From contig JAYODI010000007.1 in NCBI GenBank assembly GCA_038279365.1, forward strand, positions 52,161 to 74,715: 22,555 nt of DNA, written 5' to 3'. The stretch comes from Candidatus Latescibacterota bacterium. Its GTDB lineage: Bacteria > Latescibacterota > UBA2968. Below are positions 7,895 to 15,453 of the stretch, piece by piece. The notes under the pieces were generated by a model that saw only the letters and a list, made by a program, of their open reading frames with translations, ran no database searches and was not told where the DNA came from. Each line of letters starts with the position of its first letter. The first letter of the stretch is position 1. Position numbers and translations under genes: made by a program.

Positions 7895-9220
7895 CTAACG
7901 TTCATGCGACATCAAAAAGTTGGCATATCCAGAAACACCGTGCTCTTCAACATCCAAACCGGCTTCTTCTTCTTCGTCACTCACACGCAACCCAATGGTC
8001 ACCTTAATGAGATAGAACAACACCAACGCAGAAACAAACACAAAGGCAAAGACAGCAGCAATACCAATCAACTGCGTGGTCATACTGGCGGCTTCACCAG
8101 GGCGGCAAAAGAATGGAATGGCACAAGCAAACGTGCCCCAAGCACCACACACGCCGTGAACAGAAATAGCACCTACGGGGTCATCAACACGAATTTTATC
8201 AAAGAACAATACCGCAAACACCACCAACACACCGCCAATAGCGCCGACCATCAATGCACCCATTGGGGTCATTGTGTAACACCCTGCAGTAATGGACACC
8301 AAACCTGCCAAACCACCGTTGAGTGTCATTGAAATATCGGGCTTGCCAAATTTGATCCAGCTCACAAACATCGCCAACAAAGCACCACCAGCAGCAGCCA
8401 AGTTGGTCGTAACGGCAACACGGGCAAATGAACCACCGTCCATAGAAGTCGTCGAGCCGGCATTAAAACCAAACCATCCCAACCACAAGATAAACACACC
8501 CAAAGCAGCCATGGGCATATTGTGACCCACAATGGGGTTCATTGAACCATCGGCATTGTATTTGCCACGACGAGGGCCCAAAACAATCGCACCCGCCAAA
8601 GCAGCCCATCCACCCACGCTATGGACCACAGTAGAACCTGCAAAATCAACAAAACCCAAACCTTCTAACCACCCGCCACCATTCCACAATCCCCCCCAAG
8701 ACCAAGCACCTTGAATGGGATAAATAACGCAGGTGATCACCAAGCTAAATATTAAATATGCCCCAAACTTTGTGCGCTCAGCAACAGCACCAGAAACAAT
8801 GGTTGCAGCCGTTGCCGCAAAAACTGTTTGGAAAATCAAAAATGCATACATCCAGTTGGGGTCTTGACCATAAGCATTTACATCTGGGTTCACAAAAAAT
8901 TCATACACATCACCACTAAACATCAATCCAAATCCAATTGCCCAAAAACCCACAGCACCAATAGACAAATCGGCAAAGTTTTTCATCATAATATTGACAA
9001 CATTCTTTGCCCGTGTAAAACCGCCCTCAACAAGTGAAAAACCCGCCTGCATAAAAAATACCAAACAAGCAGCAACAACTGTCCATAGCCAATCGACCTG
9101 TGTCGCCAAATCTGATACTTGTTTAGGTAATGGGACCTCATCTTGCCCATAAACCAATGAAGGCAAAGCCAACAAACTCAGCCCCCCAATAGTGCTTAAA
9201 AACCACCTGCTCTGTTTCAT
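7895..9220 (-). CDS. amtB: Ammonium transporter
   Basis: FFMQAGF, SGAVAER, DFAGSTVVH and DDPVGAISVHG (twin His), WFGFNAGS, signal-peptide-like N-terminus. AGGAGG supports ATG 9220. Confidence 0.97.
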   Translation of the reverse strand: MKQSRWFLSTIGGLSLLALPSLVYGQDEVPLPKQVSDLATQVDWLWTVVAACLVFFMQAGFSLVEGGFTRAKNVVNIMMKNFADLSIGAVGFWAIGFGLMFSGDVYEFFVNPDVNAYGQDPNWMYAFLIFQTVFAATAATIVSGAVAERTKFGAYLIFSLVITCVIYPIQGAWSWGGLWNGGGWLEGLGFVDFAGSTVVHSVGGWAALAGAIVLGPRRGKYNADGSMNPIVGHNMPMAALGVFILWLGWFGFNAGSTTSMDGGSFARVAVTTNLAAAGGALLAMFVSWIKFGKPDISMTLNGGLAGLVSITAGCYTMTPMGALMVGAIGGVLVVFAVLFFDKIRVDDPVGAISVHGVCGAWGTFACAIPFFCRPGEAASMTTQLIGIAAVFAFVFVSALVLFYLIKVTIGLRVSDEEEEAGLDVEEHGVSGYANFLMSHER

Positions 9221-9262
9221 GAATCCTCCTTGAACTTGGTCATCTGTGACGTAACGGGGGCA

Positions 9263-9300
9263 AATATACAAGGAAGATGTTTCGCATAAATTTCTGCGAA
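9263..9300 (-). promoter_or_regulatory. Candidate amtB promoter (-10 TATATT) with a 20-bp palindromic operator over the -35 region
   Basis: TTCGCATAAATTTCTGCGAA (9281-9300, one mismatched pair). The -10 context CTTGTATATTT is identical to that of the groES promoter. Confidence 0.55.
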
Positions 9301-9575
9301 GTGAAAACATGATGAAACATAAATAAAAGACAGATGACGGCTTATGCGCTCAAGAGATATAAAAAGAGACAACGTATAAAAACACAACAAACAATAATAA
9401 AAACAATAATTTAAAAACAATTTTCAATCATTAAGGTATCTGCTACAAAATTCGTTCGTTTTGATATACACATAAAATCACACCCAAATCACCTGTACCA
9501 TATTTCAGTTATCACAGATAAATCTCCTTAAAATGTTTCAGGTAGATGAACAAGGCGTAACGCTTCGATGAAATT

Positions 9576-9610
9576 AAAAAAAAGCATTGGCTTATAATAA
9601 GTCAATGCTT
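9576..9610 (-). terminator. Likely intrinsic terminator of the ECF/anti-sigma/HtrA-like operon
   Basis: AAGCATTGACTTAT...ATAAGCCAATGCTT running into a T tract on the minus strand. Confidence 0.6.
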
Positions 9611-9724
9611 AGTTAAATGCTGCTTATCAATTTGACTTCCACATTTACATACAAAACCACCATTGGCAAACAAAAACATTAAAAAAACCGTAAAAACGAA
9701 ACCGAATATCCATAAACAATAAAC

Positions 9725-10858
9725 TTATGGCCCTTGTTGACGAAGCAATTGTCTCAAACGCACCATTTCTTTTTGTAAATGATCCATTTGTCGATAAATC
9801 ATTTCATCTTCAGGCACCGTTTTTTTAACCTGAGAAGCAGCCACAACAGGGCGAGGTGGCATTTCCCCCAACAATACAGTATGCGTCATCATTTGACCTT
9901 GGCGACGAACACCCAAAGTAATTTGATCACCCGGTGCCCCTTCCATAACCAACCGACGCAAGTGGTGAGGGCCTGCAACTGCCCGTCCACCAAAAGCCAA
10001 CAACACATCCCCTATTAATACACCGCTTTTTTGGGCAGGGCTTTGTGGTGCCACATCCAAAACCACCACATCTTCCCCTTGCATTCCCACCTCAACCCCC
10101 AACCACCCATACGCCATCTCACCCTCAGTGATCAATTTTTTTGCCACACGCATGGCCCGATTAATTGGAATCACAAAAACAGAACTGGGCATACCGGGTA
10201 TGCCCATAAATGCATTGGCCAACTGCTCCAATGGCGCATACCCATTGTGCGTGTCTTGATATCGCCAAACCATACCCCCAACCCCCCCGTCACTGGAAAA
10301 AACGGGTGCACCACCATAACTGCTTTGTACACGAGCCGATACCTGTATCAGGTCTTCTGCTTGAAATATTTCATGCACGGTTCCAAATACGGGCACCAAA
10401 TTGCCAAAATCATTGCCCAAAATAAACGCATAATGCCCAAACCGAATGCGCTCCGAATTACCCAACTTTACAACTGGCAACTTTTCTGCATCTATGTGAA
10501 TCACGGCCACACCCGAAATCGGATCGGTACCCACCAAACGTGCACGCACTTGTTTTTCAGAAGACAGTGTAACCCGAATTTCTTCTGCACCTTGGACAGC
10601 GGCATCAATGGTCAAAATATAACCACGCGAATCGAACACAAAACCCGATCCATGTGTATACACCGTTCCAGAAGGATCAGCATTTTGATCGGGTGCAAAC
10701 AAAGCATGAATACGCACCACCCCTTGACGATTTGTATCGAGAATGGATACAATCTCGTCTTCAATAGCACGCAACAAACCACCCTTTTGTATTTGGGCGT
10801 ACAGCGGTGTTCCCCACAATACAATACAACACACCCAAAAATGGAACGCCTTCCCCAT
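9725..10858 (-). CDS. HtrA/DegP-like trypsin-fold + PDZ protein lacking the catalytic triad
   Basis: Signal peptide, 'GSGFVFDSRGYILT', 'LGNSE', 'LIQ', 'FVIPINRA', PDZ 'YGWLGV...SPAQKSGVLIGDVL', coiled-coil tail. The His, Asp and Ser positions are substituted. Confidence 0.85.
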   Translation of the reverse strand: MGKAFHFWVCCIVLWGTPLYAQIQKGGLLRAIEDEIVSILDTNRQGVVRIHALFAPDQNADPSGTVYTHGSGFVFDSRGYILTIDAAVQGAEEIRVTLSSEKQVRARLVGTDPISGVAVIHIDAEKLPVVKLGNSERIRFGHYAFILGNDFGNLVPVFGTVHEIFQAEDLIQVSARVQSSYGGAPVFSSDGGVGGMVWRYQDTHNGYAPLEQLANAFMGIPGMPSSVFVIPINRAMRVAKKLITEGEMAYGWLGVEVGMQGEDVVVLDVAPQSPAQKSGVLIGDVLLAFGGRAVAGPHHLRRLVMEGAPGDQITLGVRRQGQMMTHTVLLGEMPPRPVVAASQVKKTVPEDEMIYRQMDHLQKEMVRLRQLLRQQGP

Positions 10859-10881
10859 CAAAAAACCACCCAGTGTAATGA

Positions 10882-10910
10882 ACCCCCGCCCCCAAATTGG
10901 GGACGGGGGT
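10882..10910 (-). other. Strong intra-operon hairpin between the anti-sigma and HtrA-like genes
   Basis: ACCCCCGTCCCCAA-T-TTGGGGGCGGGGGT with U-G pair on the minus strand. No long U tract follows. Confidence 0.6.
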
Positions 10911-10969
10911 CTGTTTACGCAATAATTTAAGCGTTATCAATTACAGATCCAACTTATAACACATTTGCC

Positions 10970-11569
10970 TTAAAACGATACGGGCACTTGCTGAACGCGT
11001 TGGTTTTGAAGCCAAGGCGATACCTGTTTTTGGCGATTCAACATCGTATCCACACGCCCAGAATCTTGCCCATTGCGATAAAGCTTGCCATCCAAACGGT
11101 GCGATTGCTGCGACAAACGCTCCAAAGCACCTTGGTGGTCTATCATTGGTGCAACCTGTGCAGGTGTTAATGGAAACTCAACCTGATCCATAGCAGTTTG
11201 TATATTGGGCGTAGACATCATTTGGTCTTTTACAACACCAGTGAGCCCCAAACCCAACACAACCGCAGCGGCCAATGTGGCAACGGTGCGCATTGCCGAT
11301 CCAAAAAACACCCGACGAACCCGATGGCCCATCTGGTTTTCTTTGGCCACTTCCATAAGCAAATGGCTGCGTAAAGCAAAATTAAACCCAGCCGATGGTT
11401 GTGCCTGTGGCAATCGCGCCAAACGCTCTTTAAGTGCCTTCATGTCTTTTAACAAAGCCCGACAGTCTTCACACTCAGAAGCTTTGCGCTCCATCTCAGC
11501 ATGCTCAACAGGATTGAGTTCTTCGTCGAGATATGCCGATATCTTTTCTTCAAACGCTTCGTACGTCAT
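10970..11569 (-). CDS. Membrane-anchored anti-sigma factor with a degenerate zf-HC2 (ZAS) domain
   Basis: 'ISAYLDEEL...ECEDCR' N-terminus, TM helix VATLAAAVVLGLGLTGVV, RBS AGGAGG, immediately downstream of the ECF sigma gene. Confidence 0.88.
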   Translation of the reverse strand: MTYEAFEEKISAYLDEELNPVEHAEMERKASECEDCRALLKDMKALKERLARLPQAQPSAGFNFALRSHLLMEVAKENQMGHRVRRVFFGSAMRTVATLAAAVVLGLGLTGVVKDQMMSTPNIQTAMDQVEFPLTPAQVAPMIDHQGALERLSQQSHRLDGKLYRNGQDSGRVDTMLNRQKQVSPWLQNQRVQQVPVSF

Positions 11570-11594
11570 GGGAAATACCCATCCTCCTTAAAAA

Positions 11595-12206
11595 TCAAAC
11601 ATCCAAGCCGACATCCCGGCCTTCATTTTTTAACTTTTGTTGTAATTTTAACCTGGCCCGATTCACACGTGATTTTACCGTACCTACCGGGCAATCTACG
11701 ATTTCTGCAATTTCTTGATACGCCATACCTTCTACATCACGCAACAAAATTACCTGTCGATAATTTTCTGGCAAAGAAGCAATCGCATCGTGAATTTGAT
11801 CATCAGCCAACGACGATTCTGCAACCTTATCGGGGCGATATGTCTCATCGGGTAATTCCATGCCCGACTCCGAATCATCGTCGCGATGCAGCGAAAACAA
11901 ACGCCACCGTTTGCGCCGTCTCAGTTCACTCTTAGCCAAATTGCCCGCAATCGTAAACAACCACGTAGAAAAGTTGGCAATAGCACGGTATTCTTTTCGC
12001 TTGCGAAATGCACGCAAAAACGTCTCTTGGACAATATCTTCTGCTGTTTCTCGGTCACTTACAAAACGAAACACAAAATTGTAAAGACGACCTCGATAAC
12101 GACCTACTATTTTACCATAAGCATCAATATCACCAGCGGCCACTTCTGCCAATATTTCGGCATCAGAACGTTCGCCGAACCCGCTTTTCGAATTGACCAT
12201 AAGCAT
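11595..12206 (-). CDS. ECF RNA polymerase sigma factor (RpoE/SigW-like)
   Basis: Region 2 'AEDIVQETFLRAF', 'FSTWLFTIAGN'; region 4 'LPENYRQVILLRDVEGMAYQEIAEIVDCPVGTVKSRVNRAR'. GGAGGAG supports ATG 12206. Confidence 0.95.
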   Translation of the reverse strand: MLMVNSKSGFGERSDAEILAEVAAGDIDAYGKIVGRYRGRLYNFVFRFVSDRETAEDIVQETFLRAFRKRKEYRAIANFSTWLFTIAGNLAKSELRRRKRWRLFSLHRDDDSESGMELPDETYRPDKVAESSLADDQIHDAIASLPENYRQVILLRDVEGMAYQEIAEIVDCPVGTVKSRVNRARLKLQQKLKNEGRDVGLDV

Positions 12207-12270
12207 AGTATCTCCTCCCTGCGGATTCGATTTCTCGAACCCGTCGCCTGACATCGTCGGTCGCATATTA

Positions 12271-12295
12271 AACCCCAATGCCCCAAGAAGGTTCC
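12271..12295 (-). promoter_or_regulatory. Candidate ECF-dependent autoregulatory promoter
   Basis: GGAAC-17 nt-GTT on the minus strand, about 65 nt upstream of the sigma start. Matches the common ECF GGAAC...GTT pattern. Confidence 0.65.
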
Positions 12296-12451
12296 AAATT
12301 TCTTAATCACCATAACAGTAAAGAAGATAAAACCGATACTTTAAAAAAAACACCACGATCATCACGATTACAAAAATAAGCATATATACATAAAAAACAA
12401 TGATTTTTATAAAAAAACAAAAACCTATCAAATAGGCACCGATATTCCGAA

Positions 12452-12480
12452 TTGCATCATTTTATCTCCCGCTTTATATT
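12452..12480 (+). promoter_or_regulatory. sigma70-type promoter of acs
   Basis: TTGCAT-17 nt-TATATT, the same hexamers as the groES promoter. Confidence 0.55.
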
Positions 12481-12587
12481 GCTCTTACGGTATATTCAAT
12501 AGGAATACACTTCCAAAAAGATACCATTTAACACACCTTTCAATTGTATATCATCAACACAATCCCCCTGAAAGTGAGGACATTCAA

Positions 12588-14579
12588 ATGCCTACAGCTT
12601 CTGTCGTTGAAAAAGAGGGCACATATCATGCGCCCGAAACACTGAGCCAAAAAGCACACATTGGCAGCCTAAAAACTTATGAAGAAATGTATAAACGCTC
12701 AATAAGCGATCCAGAAGGATTTTGGGCAGAAATTGCCCAAAACTTTCATTGGTTTAAAAAATGGGATACCGTCCGATCATATAATTACAACATAGATGAA
12801 GGCCCGATCTCTATCAAATGGTTTGACGGTGCCAAAACCAATATCATATACAACTGCTTAGACAGACACTTGTCAACAAAAGGTGACCAGACAGCCATCA
12901 TCTGGGAAGGCAACGAACCTGGCGAAGACGCCACATTTACCTACAAAGAGCTACACGAACAAGTCTGCAAATTTGCCAATGTCCTCAAATCGCGTGGGGT
13001 TCAAAAGGGTGATCGCGTTTCTATTTATCTCCCAATGGTACCCGAATTGGCCATTGCCATGATGGCCTGTGCACGCATTGGTGCCATTCATTCCATCGTA
13101 TTTGGTGGGTTTTCTGCCGATGCACTGGCAGATCGCATTGCAGATGCCACCTGCACCACGCTCATCACTGCCAATGGCACCATGCGCGGTGCCAAACCCA
13201 TTCCCATGAAACCCAATGCCGATTCAGCAATGGCTTCGGCAGAAGCCCAAATGGGCAAACCCGTTGACACCTGTATTGTGGTGCGCCGCGTCAAAAACAA
13301 TCCAGACTTTGAATTTGACATGAAAGAAGGGCGCGATCTTTGGTGGGATGATGCGATGGCAAGTGCCAGTGCTGATTGTGCGTGTGAAGAAATGGATGCA
13401 GAAGACCCACTCTTCATTCTCTACACATCTGGCTCTACAGGCAAGCCCAAAGGCGTGCAACACAATGTGGGTGGTTATATGGTCTATACTGCTACCACAC
13501 ACAAATACGTTTTTGATTATCAAGAGGGCGACATTTATTTTTGTGCCGCTGATATTGGTTGGGTCACGGGGCACTCCTACATCATTTATGGCCCATTGGC
13601 CAATGGTGCCACCACCATCATGTTTGAAAGCACCCCACTGTATCCCAATGCAGGCCGATATTGGGAAGTCATTGATAAATACAAAGTCAATCAATTCTAC
13701 ACAGCGCCCACAGCCATCCGTGCCGTGGCCAAAGAAGGTGAGGCATGGCCAGCCAAATACGATCTCTCATCTCTCAAAATTTTGGGCACCGTGGGTGAAC
13801 CCATCAATCCCGAAGCTTGGCAATGGTATCACAAAAATGTAGGCCGTGAACGCTGCCCCATTGTAGATACGTGGTGGCAAACCGAAACAGGGGGTATTCT
13901 GATTACCCCATTACCAGGTGCAACACCCACCAAACCCGGTGCAGCAACCTTGCCCTTTTTTGGCATACAACCCGTTGTGTTGCACCCAGAATCGGGGCAA
14001 ATCGTCGAAGGCAATGGCGTTGATGGGGTTTTGGCCATTAAAGAACCTTGGCCCGGACAAATGCGAACCATATATGGTGACCACAAGCGATTTGGAGACA
14101 CCTACTTCCAGCAATACAAAGGGTATTATTTCTCAGGCGATGGATGTCGCCGCGACGAAGATGGTTATTATTGGATCACGGGGCGTGTTGACGATGTCAT
14201 TAATGTATCGGGGCATCGTATGGGCACAGCCGAAGTCGAAAGCGCACTTGTCTCTCACCCCGCCGTGGCAGAATCTGCCGTAGTTGGTTTTCCACACGAA
14301 ATAAAAGGCCAAGGCATTTATGCCTACGTCACACTCAATGCGGGTGTGGAATACACGGAAGAATTGAAAAAAGAACTCGTGCTTCATGTACGCAAAGAAA
14401 TAGGCCCTATTGCCACGCCCGATGTAATACACTGGGCACCAGGGCTCCCCAAAACAAGATCGGGTAAAATTATGCGCCGCATTTTGCGCAAAATTGCCGA
14501 AAAAGACACCGGCAGCCTTGGTGATACATCCACATTGGCAGACCCCAGTGTGGTAGACGATCTCATTACCAAACACTAA
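12588..14579 (+). CDS. acs: Acetyl-CoA synthetase (AMP-forming)
   Basis: [53 protein letters not shown] (acetylated Lys motif), GDTSTLADP. Confidence 0.97.
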   Translation: MPTASVVEKEGTYHAPETLSQKAHIGSLKTYEEMYKRSISDPEGFWAEIAQNFHWFKKWDTVRSYNYNIDEGPISIKWFDGAKTNIIYNCLDRHLSTKGDQTAIIWEGNEPGEDATFTYKELHEQVCKFANVLKSRGVQKGDRVSIYLPMVPELAIAMMACARIGAIHSIVFGGFSADALADRIADATCTTLITANGTMRGAKPIPMKPNADSAMASAEAQMGKPVDTCIVVRRVKNNPDFEFDMKEGRDLWWDDAMASASADCACEEMDAEDPLFILYTSGSTGKPKGVQHNVGGYMVYTATTHKYVFDYQEGDIYFCAADIGWVTGHSYIIYGPLANGATTIMFESTPLYPNAGRYWEVIDKYKVNQFYTAPTAIRAVAKEGEAWPAKYDLSSLKILGTVGEPINPEAWQWYHKNVGRERCPIVDTWWQTETGGILITPLPGATPTKPGAATLPFFGIQPVVLHPESGQIVEGNGVDGVLAIKEPWPGQMRTIYGDHKRFGDTYFQQYKGYYFSGDGCRRDEDGYYWITGRVDDVINVSGHRMGTAEVESALVSHPAVAESAVVGFPHEIKGQGIYAYVTLNAGVEYTEELKKELVLHVRKEIGPIATPDVIHWAPGLPKTRSGKIMRRILRKIAEKDTGSLGDTSTLADPSVVDDLITKH

Positions 14580-14599
14580 GAGAAATAAGATCACCCATT

Positions 14600-14632
14600 A
14601 AAAAGCGAGTGCCTGTTGCACTCGCTTTTTTA
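14600..14632 (+). terminator. Intrinsic terminator after acs
   Basis: aaaaagcgagtgc-ctgtt-gcactcgctttttt. Confidence 0.85.
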
Positions 14633-14640
14633 ATTTTATC

Positions 14641-14669
14641 TTGAACCCCATCACCACATCATGTATGTT
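14641..14669 (+). promoter_or_regulatory. Candidate sigma70 promoter of queC
   Basis: TTGAAC-17 nt-TATGTT directly after the acs terminator. Confidence 0.4.
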
Positions 14670-14723
14670 TAAGCCGCTCATCATTTAACAAACCACACAA
14701 AACCTTTACCCGACAAACAACAA

Positions 14724-15392
14724 ATGACTTCAAACAACAACCGTGCCGTTTTATTGCTTTCTGGCGGAATGGACTCTACCACGCTGTTGTGGTGGATGCA
14801 GGCCCAAGGCATAGAAGACATTCACACCATTGCCATAGATTATGGTCAACGCCATCGAATAGAGCTCGCATTTAGTGAAAAATTGTCAAAAATGGCCAAG
14901 GCCACATCCCATCACATATTAAAACTCGACCTCACACAAATAGGAGGCAGCCCCCTTACAGATGGCACCAAAACAGTGCCGGCTGCCAATGACAAACAAC
15001 AAATCAGTACGGTTGTGCCTTATCGCAATATGCTTTTTGTCACTTTGGCCTCTGCTTGGGCAGAAACTCAAAACATATCCCAACTCTATCTCTCTCCCGT
15101 CAAAGACGACTTCGAGGCCTATAGAGACTGCCGAAGAGATTTTTACAACGCGCTTGAAAGTGCCTTGTCTTTAGGTGCAACCCACGATACGCAAATCAGC
15201 ATCCATACCCCATTTGTTGATAAGTGGAAAACCGAGGTCGTTCAAATTGGTCTAAAACTAAACGTCCCATATGCATATACACACACCTGCTATGAAGGCC
15301 TGCGCCCAGCCTGTGGCCATTGTGATGCCTGTGCAGAACGCCTTCACGCCTTTAAAGCCAACCAAACCCCAGATCCACTTGCCTACCAATAA
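14724..15392 (+). CDS. queC: 7-cyano-7-deazaguanine synthase
   Basis: PP-loop LSGGMDS, DYGQRH, VPYRN, YRDCR, Zn ligands TCY...CGHCDAC. Confidence 0.95.
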   Translation: MTSNNNRAVLLLSGGMDSTTLLWWMQAQGIEDIHTIAIDYGQRHRIELAFSEKLSKMAKATSHHILKLDLTQIGGSPLTDGTKTVPAANDKQQISTVVPYRNMLFVTLASAWAETQNISQLYLSPVKDDFEAYRDCRRDFYNALESALSLGATHDTQISIHTPFVDKWKTEVVQIGLKLNVPYAYTHTCYEGLRPACGHCDACAERLHAFKANQTPDPLAYQ

Positions 15393-15428
15393 AAAAGGTC
15401 ATTGCGATACCATCGCAATGACCTTTTT
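15392..15428. terminator. Bidirectional terminator between convergent queC and the disordered-protein gene
   Basis: Perfect 17-bp inverted repeat aaaaaggtcattgcgat-acc-atcgcaatgaccttttt. Confidence 0.88.
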
Positions 15429-15453
15429 CTACACGCTAAAAAATAACCTTCTT

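Noticed and set aside
9272-9284. NrpR-like box GGAA-N5-TTCG (also GGAA-N5-TTCC upstream of acs)
   Set aside because: Spacing is 5 rather than the 6 nt of the NrpR operator, so it is likely chance.
9221-9420. amtB N-terminal extension, 67-aa ORF, or glutamine riboswitch upstream of amtB
   Set aside because: A strong SD supports ATG 9220, the small ORF is low-complexity AT-rich sequence, and no glnA-motif consensus is visible.
10031-10930. 299-aa plus-strand ORF
   Set aside because: Antisense shadow of the HtrA-like gene with no recognisable motifs.
14633-14723. preQ1 riboswitch upstream of queC
   Set aside because: No preQ1-I stem with GUUC loop and A-rich tail, and essentially no base-pairing potential.
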